From Okamejei kenojei (Eukaryota): DNA of 64,000 nt. A program made the position numbers and the translations under genes. The notes under the pieces are model-generated. The model searched no databases, had not been told where the DNA came from, and was given only the letters and a program-made list of their open reading frames with translations. Shown here piece after piece: positions 23,473 through 36,633 of the stretch (the first letter of the stretch is position 1; every line of letters begins with the position of its first letter). Location: positions 1 through 64,000 of the forward strand of contig JAVHYY010000123.1 in assembly GCA_035221665.1 (NCBI GenBank). The letters run 5' to 3'.

Positions 23473-25464
23473 CGTCGGACTGCTGGAGGGTAGTGAACAG
23501 TGATGGCATTCAATAAAGACGCGACATTTCCAAACGGGCCTCGCAACCCCTTCATTTCCCACCACCCTCCGACCCAAAACGCCCCTTCCACATGCTCACA
23601 GCCGCGTCGCCTGCTACAGCGCCCCCGCCCCCCCCCCCCCCCCCCCAAAACTCGGTGATTGCTCTGATCTGAACTCCAATTCGCTCACTTTGAATTGCTG
23701 TCCTATTCCCAGCCCCGATCTCTCCACCCTGACCCCACCGCTGTTCGAAAACGGCGCATACGCAGTTCATCTTAAAAATCAATATTGAATGTAATAGTTT
23801 CGTGTATCCAATCTCTGCTGCCCATGACATATCACAATTAATGTGATATCTATGCTCTCTGATCTGCTGGGGTTTTTTCAGCCTTCCCTGACCGTCCACA
23901 ATTCCTCCCCTCCCCCACATTGTGCCACGCCTACCAAGGGGCAATCAACCTACTGATAGACACAAAAAGCTGGAGTAACATAGAGCGGTTACGAAGTCCG
24001 AAGAAAGGTCACGATCCGAAACGTCACCTATTCCTTATCTTCAGAGATGCTGCCTGTCCCACCGAATTACTCTAGCTTGTTGTGTCTATCTTCGGTTTAA
24101 ACTAGCATCTGCAGTTCCTTCCCACACAATTAGCCTCCTGACCTCCATATATTTGGGAATTAAACAGAGCACCAGGGGAAAACGTACACACTCCGCAGAC
24201 TCCGAGATGGATCTATTGAAGATTCAGTTTAACACAAAACGAGCAGAATCATGGAAACGTTTTAGGTGGCGAGGATGTTTCCACTAGTGGGAGAGTCTAG
24301 GACTAGAGGTCTCGTCGTTATTTTTATGTAGTAGCTTCAGATTTAAGGATGTTCTTTCAGGAAGGCACAAGGCCTAGGGACAGATTATAATATGTGGAAT
24401 AGATGATGACCAGATTGAGAGAGTGGTTTACGGTATTGGTGGATTGAAAGGAATGGGGTGACGATTCGGGTCGAGACCCTTCTTCATTCAGTCCTGTTGA
24501 CTAATACTGAGACTTACCCAAGTTTAAAATTCTGGGTTTCCACGCCGTAACAGCTGCTTTCTTTGGGACAAGCAGCGACACACTACTCCCAAAACAGCCC
24601 AGCTTGGTTTTGAAATTGTAAACAAAAGCTGCCACCTCTCTGTTGTGCAGGGCACACGCTGCTGCTCAGGCACGGAAAATATGTGGTTCAGAAAGCCACG
24701 TCACAGATGGTTGAAATAAGCATAAAGTTGTACAAATAAAATTAAAGCAAGGGAGGGAGTTTCAAGTTAATCTCACAAGATTGCTTGGTTATGTATACCG
24801 AAGATAGACACAAGGGTTCTGGAGTAACTCAGCGGGACTGGCCAGCATCTCTGGGGGAAAAAAAGGAATAGGTGAAGCATGTTTTGGGTCGGAACCCTTC
24901 TGAAGAAGGCGTGTGGCGTGTATGTAGGAGGAACTGCAGCATCCGTTGTGTGAGTAGTCTAGAAGGAACTGCAGATTAAGGGATTGAGAAGGGTCGGCTG
25001 GAGAAGAAAGAAAACGGATTCCAACCCAAAACATCATCTATTCCCTTTCTCCTATACCCAACCCCCTGACTGATGAAGGCAATTAAGGTGTCAAAAAACC
25101 TCCCCCTCCACCCTGTTGTCTACCTGTTTGCCACGGCTTCAGGGAACTATTTATTTACCTATCCAGGGGCCCTGTCACACAGGGTTGGTGTTATATTGAA
25201 CAAGCGCCAGGGACTACTCTTTACGAAGGAACACCTGGCCACTCGCAGGTAATTGACCAGGTGGACTATGCCTGTGTGCAGTTCCACCAGAGAGAGGTCT
25301 TCAGTGTGTTTGCATCTTGTTATATTCTGGTCAACTTGTCCAATTGGTTGGAACGGTGCTAGGTGACAGTAAGGTATAAAATTGATGTATAGAGCTGCTT
25401 CGTACTAAAAGGAGCCGTTGTTTGCCATACTGGCTAAGAAATTTGATTAAACCTCCACAATCCC

Positions 25465-25645
25465 GGCGTGTCACGGTTGGCGCAGCGGCAGAGTTGCCTG
25501 CCTCACAGCGAAATGCAGCGCCGGAGACCCGGGTTTGATCCTGACTACGGGGTGCTGTCTGTGGTACCGAGTTTGTAAGTTTCGTTCCTTCCCCTGTGAC
25601 CTGTGTGGGTTTCTCAGAGATCTTTATCTTTTACCCACACCCTCC
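25465..25645 (+). mobile_element. tRNA-derived V-SINE 5' half
   Basis: A-box-like TGGCGCAGCGG, B-box-like GGTTTGATCC, then SINE core. Confidence 0.75.
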
Positions 25646-25674
25646 GTAAATCACTCATAATCTTCACTACGTTA

Positions 25675-26100
25675 TGGACCCACCTACCCCCCCCCCCCCC
25701 CCCTCTCCGGCCAGCCTCCCCTGGCTCATTCTCCACCCGCCCCCTCCCCCCTCCCCAGCCCATTTCCACCCATCATATGCAGACCCGTTCCACCCCTCTC
25801 TCGACACCTCTGTCACCAGCCAGTGCCTCAATTCCGCCACACGTCGCCCGAAACCACGGTCGCCCCCACCTCCCCATATCACTCTATCCTCCTTCCCCAT
25901 CCAACCCTTCCGCGTCGCTGTCCCCTCCCCTTACCCTAGGGTTAGACGACCCCCCCCCCCCCCCCCCCCCCCCACCCTCTCCAGTCTATCGAGCCCCACC
26001 CTCTCTACCGATCTCCAATCTCGGAGTTCCAGCCCTGGCGAATCAACCCAACCCCTCCTCCCTCCACCCCCGCTCCTCCTCTCTCCACCCGACAACTCCA
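25675..26100. repeat. C-rich low-complexity tract
   Basis: Poly-C runs and pyrimidine-rich sequence; a similar tract lies at 26670-27020. Confidence 0.7.
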
Positions 26101-27169
26101 GGTAGATAGCCCCCCTCATTTCACCGACGGGCAGACCAGACCCTCACGTTTGCTCCGCGTGGAAGGACCGTGGAGACCCCTGGATGTAAACTGCAGGTGC
26201 CTCCTCGACCACCCCGCTCGCCAGAAAGAGATGCTCGATTTAGACCGAAGCGTAAATCCCTAAATTATCCGCAGAGAACATTCGAGATGGAGAATCTAAT
26301 ATAGACCGTGAAGAAGCTGCTTGTCGAGCCTCGGACCCAGCTCTGATGATTTAAACCGCGGGGGGATAGAGAGATTACATTTGTCTTTTATCTGTTACCT
26401 AGGAGGGTTGAATTAATTCTCGCTCCGGTGAATATCGTATCGGGAGCAGTTAACCCGCTGGGACGGCGTTCCACTCAGTGACAGCTCCCGGTGCAGGTGA
26501 ACTAGATCGCAGACTGGTCCGCGCTGGGCTGGGCTAAGCTTGGCTGAGCTGCGTCCTTCACACCCGCCGGCGAAACGCCTTCTGCCGCAATGCAGCCGCC
26601 CCTCGCTCACCGAGCCATCTGAACTACTTGACGAGCCGCAGAGCAGCTGCGTGTGTTCCTCCGCCTTTGTCCCGACCTCCCCCACTCCTCCCTCCTCTCC
26701 CCTATCCCCCACCCGTCCCTCTCCCTCGTCTCCCACTCCTCCCCCTATCCCTCACTCTCCCCCACACCCGTGCTCAACCTCTCCCACCACTCCCTCCACT
26801 CTCCCCACACCTGCCTCCTCTTCTCCACCCGTCCCTCTGCCTCCACTTCCCCCCCCCCTCCATCCATCCCCCCCCTCTCACCTCCAGCCCCCCCCCTCTC
26901 CCTCCATCCCCCCACCCTCTTCCCTCCATCCCCCCCCCCTCCCTCCTCTCACACCATCTCCTCTCCCCCAACGCCTCCTCCCTGATTCCTCGCCTGATAC
27001 ACCACAATCTCTCTCCTCAATCTGTTTTTCCGAAATTAATCCCAGTTTCAATCAGGGATTAATTCTGCTACATCGTTCCACTTAGTGACAACTCCCGGTA
27101 CAGGTGAACTAGAGCTCAGACTAGTCCGCTCTGCATGGAGTCCACGTCCACTTCTGGGTTGATCCCACC

Positions 27170-27428
27170 ATTATATTATGTTCTCAGGCAACAGAATCAT
27201 CCTACCACAACCCAAGAGCACCCCTGAGCTACTATCTGCCTCTTTGGTGATTCTCGGACTATTCTTGATCGGACCTTGCTGCCTTTACCTTGCAATAAAC
27301 GTTACTCACTTACATATATCTATAGTCTGTAAATGGGTCGATTGTAATCAGTGTATTGGCCTTCCGATGACTGGTTAGCACGCAACAAAAACATTTCACT
27401 GTACCTCGGTACACGTGACAATAAACTG
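27170..27428 (+). mobile_element. LINE 3' tail (Rex1/Babar-like)
   Basis: TTTCACTGTACCTCGGTACACGTGACAATAAAC tail also at ~35.7, ~39.4 and (minus) ~54.7 kb. Confidence 0.55.
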
Positions 27429-27456
27429 AAGGCGAACAACGCTCCTGGGCCTACAG

Positions 27457-27672
27457 CAAGGGTACCCAACCTGGGGTAAATTTCGCCTACCCAGGGGGTA
27501 AATTTGTCGAATCTGGATTTGTACATTTTGGAATCTCATTGACTTACCTTTTTGGGTTCTGGTATACCGGTATCTGTTCATTATTATTGTTCATAAATAA
27601 GTGAACTAACATTATTCTGTGCTATTAAAATCGCCAGGGGTAAACGGGACGAAAAAGGTTGGGAACCCCTTG
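27457..27672. mobile_element. hAT-type MITE, 216 bp
   Basis: TIRs CAAGGGTACCCAACCT / AGGTTGGGAACCCCTTG; 8-bp TSD GCCTACAG at 27449-27456 and 27673-27680; GGGGTAAA x3. Confidence 0.88.
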
Positions 27673-27992
27673 GCCTACAGGTTCCGCCGCACTTACCCGT
27701 ATGTTTCTACAGAAAGGTTTTTATCTCCCGTTTGTATCAGTACACGACAGATTAGTTCCTTATTCTTATTTTGTAATATTCGTACATTTGTTGCCATATA
27801 TTAATCATCATCTATATTGTACCTCAATACAATAATAAAAAACAAACTTACTTCTCAGTCTGTCAGTTAAAATGATGTCACATGAGTTGTGATGTCAGCC
27901 GCATAGGACAATGCAGCTGCTAATGATGTCAGCATTGTTCAACTCAATGATTTAATTCAGCGATTTGTACAAATGATTTGCACAACATTGTA

Positions 27993-29550
27993 GGAGGATT
28001 GGGGCCATATCTGAGGAAGGACGTGATGGCTCTGGGGAGGGTCCAGAGGACGTTTACAAGAATTATTCCAGGAATGAGTGGGTTAACATATGACGAGCGT
28101 TTGTCGGTACTAGGCCTGTACTCGCTGGAGTTTAGAAGAATGAGAGGGGACCTCACCGAAACATGCAGAATAGAGAAAAGCCTGGATAGAGTGGATGTTT
28201 CCACTACTGGGAGAGTCGAGGACTTGAGGTCAAAGAATCAGAATGTAAATAATGTTCCTTTAGGAAGGAGATGAGAAGGAATTTCTTTATTAGGAAGGAT
28301 GTCAACAAAATAGAGAGAGTACAGAGGAGATTTACTAGAATGTTGCCTGGGATCCAGCAACTATGTTACAGAGAAAGGTTGAACAAGTTAGGTCTTTATT
28401 CAGAAGGTTAAGGGGGGACTTGATTGAGGTCTTTAAAATGATGAAAGGGATAGACAGAGTTGACGTGGATAAGCTTTTCCCATTAAGAGTAGGGAAGATT
28501 CAAACAAGAGGGCATGACATGCGAATTAAGGGACGGAAGTTTAGGGGTAACGTGCGGGGGAACCTCTTTATTCAGAGGGTGGTGGCTGTGTGGAATGAGC
28601 TTCCAGCAGAAGTGGTGGAGGCAGGATCGATTTTAACATTTAAAAGTAAAGTGGATAGGTATATGGACGGGAAGGGAATGGAGGGGTATGGTCTGAGTGC
28701 AGGTAGATGGGACTAGGGGAAAACAAATGGTCGGCACGGACTGGAAGGGCCGAGAGGGCCTGTTTCCGTGCTGTAATTGTTATATGGTTTTTAGTCAAAG
28801 GGTGGCGAATCTGTGAAATTCTTTGCCACAGATGGCCGTGGAGGCTAAGTCAATGGATATTTTTAAGGCAGAGATATATTCTTGATTAGTACAGGTGTCA
28901 GGGGTTATGGGTAGAAGGCAGGAGAATGGGGTTAGGAGGGAGAAATAGATCAGCCATGGGTGAATGGTGGAGTAGACTTGATGGGCCTACTGGCTTAATT
29001 CTGCTCCTATAACATGACCTTAAGATTGATTAGCAAGTTTGCAGATGATACAAAAATTGGAATAGAGTTATATATAGGGAGTGAGTAACCAAGCATCCAG
29101 CAGGAAGTAGATTAGTAGGAAATATGACAGAAAAATGTTGGAGTTTAATGCAGACAAATGGCAGGTAGAAACAAAGATCCACAGATGCTGGTTTATACCA
29201 AAGATATACACAACGTGCTGGAGTAACTCAGCGGGTCAGGCAGCATCTGTGAAAAAAAGGATGGGTGATGTTTCGGGTTGGGATCTTTCTACAGATGTTA
29301 TACTTTGGGAGGTCAAATGTAAGAGGAAACTATAAAGTAAATACCAGGTCTCTGAAAGGCATTGATGTACAGAGGGATCTTGTGGTGCAAGTCCACGTCA
29401 TTATAAGTGGTCACTCAAGAGGATAGGTTGGCGCAGAAGGCGTGCTACATGCTGGCCTTCATTGGGCAGGGTGTTGAGTATAAATGTAAATGTTATAAAA
29501 CCTTGCTTAGGCCATTTTTAGAGTATTGTGTGCAGTTCTGTTGACCGCTT
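27993..29550 (+). mobile_element. Cluster of nested CR1 fragments (insert ~28291-28790 inside an older copy; third copy split by a Penelope-derived repeat)
   Basis: LGLYSLEFRRMRGDL and RRLRGDLIEVFK..QRVVAVWNELP ORFs; host copy resumes at TTTAGTCAAAGGGTGG. Confidence 0.85.
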
Positions 29551-29799
29551 TAAAGGACGGTGTCAGGGTGAGGATGGAGGTAGGGGGTGTGGGTGTCAGG
29601 GTGAGGGTGTGAGTTGTAGAAAGGAACTGCAGATGCTAGTTTAGACCGAAGACAGTCACAAAATGCTGGAGTAACAGCGGGACGGGCAGCATCTCTGGAG
29701 CGAAATAATGGGTGACGTTTCGCGTTGAGACCCTTCTTCAGAATGTCAGCTTCTCCCAAACTACTGAATGCAGCGTCTTGTCTTGTCATGGAGGTATCT

Positions 29800-31200
29800 G
29801 CACAAAGGCTTACAATTTATTCTGGTGCTAACGGCTTGTCTGAGGCCCACCATACCTCGAGGTGGCGCTCTCTTGTCTGCATCACTCGTGGGAAAGGGCG
29901 AGAGAGGCAGCACTGACTCTCTCTCTCTCTCACTGGGCGAAGGTTGAGGTTAAGGGGTTGAGCAAGTTACACCTCACAGCGCAGGGCAGGATCCGGCCAA
30001 GGAACTCGGAATGGCCTCTCTTCGTATTTGTTGATATTTCTGTTGAGACGACCTTGACTTTCAGCCGTTTGGAGCCGGAGCCGCCGGCGAAGGGTAAGTC
30101 GAGAGTAAAAGTTGAAATCCCTTTTATTTTATTTAATTAAATAAAAAAGTTGAAATCCCTTTTAATTTCCTGTATCGAAACGCGAAGCCAAGTGTTCCTG
30201 TCGTCGGAGCTCTTGTAGCAACCGGTTGAGTGGGACTGCCGGCGCCCAGACCAGCCTCTCCACACAGGCAAGTAGACGGAGGTGAACAAGAGAGGCAGGG
30301 ACTGGAAAAGGTTTGGGGGGAGTGGTGCCGGGGGTTCCATGGTCTTTGGGGGGGGGGCCTTAGTTTTATGCGGGTGGGAACCGACGTGGAGGGGATAGTG
30401 TGGTGGGGGATTAATTTGAGGGGGGAGGGGGGTCGGGGGGGAGTGTAGGGGCTGTCACTGGCGACTCTTGTTGGGGGCTCCTTTTCTGTGTTTCTTCTCA
30501 AGGTGCTGGATGTTATCAAGGTTTTTACTTTGGTTGAAGATAGTTTTTATGGCGGGTTGGACACCGCGCCAAGGTTTTTACACACACCGGCTGTGGATTT
30601 GGCGGCGTCCGCACCATTTCGCTGTTTTATTTCGAAAAGGAATTTTCACTTAAACCTGTGTGTGCGTCGGGGGGGGGGGGGGGGGGGGGGGGGGGGGAGG
30701 GGGGGGATGGGGGGGAACGGGGGGGGGGGGGGGCGGGGGGGGGGGGGGGGGGGGGCATGGGGGGGGGGGTCAGGCGTTGAGTTTCCACGCCGAAGGCGAC
30801 ACACTGGCGAGCAGGCGGGCAGTTCGCTTCCAGTGGAAGGCGATTGAGCAAAGGTTGAAAGTGCCCGTCTTGTTGGTGCAATGGATGCCACGGGCAGCGG
30901 CTGCATAATGTTTTCTGAACAACGGCCGTGTTGTAAGACTAGTCTCGCTACCTCGCCACACTTCCTCTTTGCCCGCCCGCCTGCTCTCTCTCTCCGTCCG
31001 TACACCCGTTGACTTTGGTTGGTTGGTTACTCAATCTTGTCAACTTCGCTCCTGTGACCTGTTCTATCCCGGGCATTCGCGACTACCTCTCGGAATCTCT
31101 GGGTCACTGTCCTCTTCCTTCCTTCACAAGCGAAAGCAACACTTACATTTCTCTAGCGCCGTTCGCCACGCCAGGATTTTTTTCCCCCAAAATTGAGTGC
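29800..31200. promoter_or_regulatory. Shared CpG-rich head-to-head promoter region of MLLT11 and CDC42SE1
   Basis: CpG enrichment; plus-strand donor AGG|GTAAGT at 30093; minus-strand candidate donors at 29856 (GAG|GTATGG) and 29814 (ATT|GTAAGC); same arrangement as in human. Confidence 0.6.
29990..30093 (+). other. CDC42SE1: Probable CDC42SE1 non-coding exon 1 (start approximate)
   Basis: Consensus donor GTAAGT at 30094 in CpG-rich sequence. Confidence 0.55.
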
Positions 31201-31852
31201 CTGTGAAATGGAAGCATTATTCCCCTGGGCCGCTCCCAACTGTTCGCTTAGTTTACACCGCCTACACCTTTATGTCGACGAGTCTGGGTTTAACACACTG
31301 CCGCCGACATTCTGGTTGAATCTGTTATTTCCGACGATGTGGCCAGTTTATTGCACATTTCATTACCTCTCAGCACTGGGTGTTAATAATTAGCGTCAGA
31401 CATTTCTCTTTCACCAGGCTGATTTACATATTCTCCAAGGGCGTTTGGGAGCCAATTACCATCTTCAGTCACACAGCGCATAAACAGGCCGTTTGGGCCG
31501 ACCTGTCCACGCCTACCAAAATGCCCATTGACAACAGTCCAACCTGCCTGCCATAATCACCCTCAACATTTCATAACCATGTATTTGTCCATATGTCTCT
31601 TAAAAGTTGAAGTGCTCCTGCTGTAACCGCCTTTACATCGGCGAGACCAAACGTAGAAGTTTGAGGCTCCTGCAGACACGATTGCCAACCAATAATGTAG
31701 AACCCAAAACGCCCAGTGTCTGTTCTTCCATCTGACATGCACAAGGGAAAACACACAATGTGCAGTTGTTCATCTGGTTTGACCTGCCAAGCTAAAGTGT
31801 ATCAATAGGTCAACTGGTAGAGGGGATTTCACCAGAATACGAACAAACAGGA

Positions 31853-32082
31853 GTAGGAAGGAACTGCAGATGCTGGATTAAACCAAAGATAGACACAAAA
31901 TGCTGGAGTAACTCAGCGGGATAGACAGCATCTCTGGATAGGAATGGGTGACATTTTTGGTCGAGACCCTTCTTCAGACTTGAAGAATGTCTGAAGGGTC
32001 TCAACGCAAAATGTCACCCATTCCTTCAACCCAGAGATGATGCCTGTCCCACTGACTTACTTCAACATTTTGTGTCTATCTT
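31853..32082. mobile_element. Palindromic Penelope-derived element
   Basis: Inverted arms AAGATAGACACAAAATGCTGGAGTAACTCAG.. / ..CATTTTGTGTCTATCTT. Confidence 0.8.
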
Positions 32083-33602
32083 AGGAATAGGTCCTCTTCT
32101 TCTTATCGAGTCCACACACAAGATTAGAAATTATACAGCCAGAGCTGAACACACTTCTCGGCATCTACATACAATTTTTTGTCATTTCTTATGCGTGGTG
32201 GTGGAAAGATTGGTGAAAACAGGGCCATGATGTGAATGCTCTTTCCTTGACCTCATCTGAGGAGTAGGTCAATTATCCACATTGAGGTTTCTCCAGCATT
32301 CAATAAGATCATGGCTTGCCTTCAATATAACTTCCCCACACTCTTGTCATTGAAATATCTATCAGATTTTGTCTTTAAAATATCCAGTGGTTCTGCCTCT
32401 GTAGCTGTCACAGCTAAGCCTCTGAAATTAGGCCCGCCCTGATTCTAGATGACCCCACAAGAGAAAATATCCTCTTGGCATCTACCCTGTCAATCTCACT
32501 TATTTTTGATGTTGCATAAGATCGATACTCATTCCTCTAATCCCTCTAAGATTAACTTTGACATAGGGCTCGGACAGAAACATAAACTGTATGCAGTACT
32601 CCAGGTGTGGTCACATCCTGTAAAGTCGCGTCAACATTTCCCCACTTTTATACTCCAAGCCCCTTATAATAAAGGCCAAGATTGCATTAGCCTTGCCTGC
32701 TGTACCTGATGCTCCCTCTGTGCATCAGGTAGGAGAACTCCCAGGTCACAGTATATTGTCTTATTTCATTAAATTAAATCTCATTAAATTGCTTTTTCAT
32801 TCTTTCAAAATGTAGAACTGCACATTACATTATACTCCTTATCCCATGTGAGTTTTGAGGTAGAGATCAACATTTATTTCAAACCCGGAAAACTTGTTCC
32901 ACCGTTGCATTGTAAATATATTATAAATAGAAGCAGAAGTAGACTTTTCAGTCCCTTGTGTCTGACCCACCATCCAACATGATCGTGGCTGTCTGTATAG
33001 CTCTGCATAACCCCATCCGCACTGAGATCCTGAATCTCTCCCTGTCATGAATACACACAGCGATCGAGTCTCCATTGTCCTCTTGAAGAGAGAATTGAAA
33101 AGGTTTGCTCTCCACAGCGTAAAATGTATTTATTTTAAGAATGGACCCTTTATTTTGACAGTCTTGACTGTAAGTTAAAGACAATCCGCTCAGAGAAATG
33201 TTAACCCTGCTTCTGTCCTGTCAAGTTCTTCATTGATCTTGTATTCTTCAGGATGATGGACTGGGATACTAGCTATCTGAAGACGTTAGGCAAGCCTATA
33301 AAATTCAGACCGTACCAGTGTAAGACTGCAGTATAATCAGATTTCTCTTTCCTTGATTTAATTTGTCCTTTAACCAGCACACCAGTTGGACCTCTTTCCC
33401 TTTGGATGTGGTATCAAAATATATTGCCTTCCACCAATAATGTCTCAAAGATCTTTGCAGTTTTTTTTTTGGCCTGGTCTAACATCTGTTCACCAATGTA
33501 CGATTTGCTGGTGTGCATCGACTGCTGTTGTGGGATCTTGCTATACAAACAAGCTGTCACGAATCCTGCATAACAAAAGTTACTACACCTCAGAATTGTC
33601 CT

Positions 33603-33903
33603 CGGTAGACACAAGATGCTGGAGAAACTCAGCGGGTGAGGCAGTATCTATGGAGAGAAGGAATAGGCGACGTTTCGGATCGAGACCCTCTTCAGACTGA
33701 TGTGGCGGGTGGGGAAAGAAAGGAAGAGGCCGACAGTAGACTTGCTTTCTTTTCACCCCCCCGGACATCAGTCGGAAGAAGGGTCTCGACCCGAAACGTT
33801 GCCTATTCCTTCTCTCCTTAGATGCTGCCTCACCCGCTAAGTTTCTCCTGCATTTTGTGTCTACCTTCGATTTTTCCAGCATCTGCAGTTCTTCCTTAAA
33901 CAT
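33603..33903. mobile_element. Palindromic Penelope-derived element with 13-bp TSD
   Basis: ~100-bp inverted arms; TCAGAATTGTCCT at 33590-33602 and 33904-33916. Confidence 0.88.
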
Positions 33904-34436
33904 TCAGAATTGTCCTTTGTTAGATGTAATGTACTTTTGCACCTCTTAAGGATGTGACAACTGGCAGATCAGAAAGTGCAAAGACCTAGTATCATCTAAT
34001 TCTCCCTGTGGATCCCACAAGCTTTGCAGCAAATTGCAGTTATTGCAATGCTGTATGGATAACAGCAGGTAGTCTGTGCACAGAAAGCTCTTACACAAAG
34101 CAATGTGAGCATAGACCAACTATCTGCACTGTTAGTGTTATTTGATTGATACATGTTGGCCCTGAGGACTGGGTGAACCTCCATCGCTTTGAAACAAAGA
34201 GCAGGAGATACTTTTATATCTGGCTGAGCGAGTAGATGAAGCTTTTGTTTCAAGTTTTCTTTTATGGACGGTCCATCCAAGAATAGTACATTGCTTCACC
34301 AACACTAATCCTGTGGCACTGCTGAATCTATGCTTGGGTGACCCCAGTGGGCATTGAACCCATGATTACTGACTCTTGGATGTGAAAGTAGGAGGTATGA
34401 TTAGTAAGTTGTCAGATGATGAACATTGATGTTGAT

Positions 34437-35435
34437 AGAAACATAGGCAAATAGGTGCAGGACCAAGCCATTTGGCTCTTTGAGCCAGCTCCATTATTCA
34501 ATATGATCATGGCTGATCATCTAAAATCAGTATTGCATTCCTGCTTTTCCACCCATATCTCTTGATTCCTTTAGCCCTAAGAGCGAAATCTAACTCTCTC
34601 TTGAAAATAATCCAGTGAATTGACCTTCACTGCCTTCTGTGACAGAGAATTCCAGAGAGGAGGGTTCTTTTAAACTAAAGATTGATCAACTGGTAAATTG
34701 GGCAGGGTAATCGCAGATGGAGTTTAATCCCGGTAAGTATGAGGTGATGCATTTGGGGATTTGTGTAGGAGGGGGGTATATTTAATAAAGGTAGGAAATA
34801 TACCATGAATGATTGGGAACTTGGGTATATTGAGGAAGAAAGGGACCTTGGTGTAGAAGATTGTGACAAAGACATACAGGATGCTGTCCATTTTCTCCAG
34901 AGGTGCTGCCTGACCCGCTGAGTTACTCTAGCACTTCACCTTTTTGTAAACCACTATCTACAGTTCATTTTGTCTACACTTTATAAAACATTTATTAGGC
35001 CACAGCTGGAATACTTTCTGTGTGAACACCACACCATAGGAAGGATGTGATTGGGGTAAGAGAGGGTGCAGACAGCATTCACCAGGATGTTGCCTGGGAT
35101 GGAATTTTCAATTGTGAGGAGAGACTGAACTAGTCTGGACTTGTTTACCCTGGAGCAGAGGAGGTTAGAGGGAGACCAGTTAGAAGTATGCAAAATTATA
35201 AGAATTCTTCATAAGGTAGATTTCTTCCCCAAGTATATCCAAGAGATTTAAGATGAGTAGATTTGGACGAGATCTTCTGGAGAATAATTTCTTCACACAG
35301 AGGTGGATGGAATCTGGAAAGCATTCCTTGAGAAGGTGGTGGAGACGGGTGCAATCATCATTTAAGAAGCATCTGAATGAGCACTTGAATAGTTGCCAAG
35401 ACATAGTAGGCTACGGATTGTGCTGGTAAATGGGC
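34437..35435. mobile_element. CR1 fragments (minus-strand 3' end 34437-34655; degenerate plus-strand copy 34680-35435)
   Basis: Reverse CR1 tail TAGAAACATAG; LEQRRLEGD-like and ACACAGAGGTGG motifs. Confidence 0.7.
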
Positions 35436-36633
35436 TCAGGAACAGCTTCCAACTCTGGTATCAGACTTCTGAATGGTTCTGCTATTCCAAGGTTCATCTG
35501 GCTGGGCCTCACTTTTCATCCTTGTGCATAACTGACTGTGCTAACATGTCCTGAGGCTAAGTCACCTATCTCCCCACTCCCGCCACCTCCAACCTTAATG
35601 CGTGGTTTGAACAAAGGTCCTGACCTGAAACATTGTCTATCCTTTTTCCCCGGAGATGTTGCCTAACCCGCTGATTTACTCCAGCACTTTGTCTATCAGT
35701 GGCTACTGATCTGTTTCGATAGCATGCAAAGCAAAGCTTTTCACTGTACCTCAGTACACACTACAATAATAAACATAAACTATTTGTTTTTTATCCTTCC
35801 TTCTCCAATGTGTAACAATATATTCGGCACTGTTTATTTTTCTCAGTTCGCACTGCCCATTGTACTTGTGTGCGGTTTGATTGTACTCACTCGCATATGG
35901 TATGATCTGACTGGATAACACAGACAACTTTTTCGCCATCTACATACACATGACAATAATAAACCTTAAGGAAAAAAATCTTTAATTTTTATAGCTTTCC
36001 AAACCCCAAATAATCTGGTTGTCACCGGTCTAGCTGTAAAAGCCCAATCAGATGTACGAGAGGAGTTCGGTCTCGGCATGCCTGGATTAATTTAAAATTG
36101 GATCGTATACAAAGGTTAAAATCCCTTCACAAATCAGTTGAAATTAACTTTGGTAGTCTCAGTATTCCAGGAGATTCACTGCATGGGTGGAATATTAACT
36201 TTCATCCCTTCCCTTCAAAAGAAGCACTGGAATTTGCATGACACAGAAAACATTGTACTTCTAGCAGTAAAACACTCTTGGTGTTTCACAGGTTCTTGTC
36301 AAATGTTTCATGTTTAGATCATCACTGGACTGGCATGCCTGCATTCTCAGCAGTTTAGCTGACTATTCCAATGCTCGGTTGAGACTTGTTATCAAGATTG
36401 GCTGCTTCAATTAGAGGTCTTGACACAGGGGAGGGAAGGGTCCTGGTGTTCCACAAATCAATGCTTGAGAGAGAGGATGCCAGGTGAAGAAGGGAGAAAG
36501 AGCTGGGCTGCAATGAATTATCCATTTCTGTAAGAGCTAATTTTGATGGGCATGAGAGAGAATTCTGTTTTGTAGTTTCCTACCCAGAATTGATCCTGAA
36601 ATTGAATTACTAATCGTCTTCTCTTCAAAGCAG

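Noticed and set aside
25465-25550. tRNA gene
   Set aside because: A/B boxes continue into a SINE core; no convincing cloverleaf
29814-29835. REST/RE1 site for neuronal MLLT11
   Set aside because: Only a partial left half (TTAGCACC on the minus strand); the GGACAG half is absent
30668-30770. Very long poly-G tract as a functional element
   Set aside because: Homopolymer lengths are unreliable in this assembly; G4 potential only
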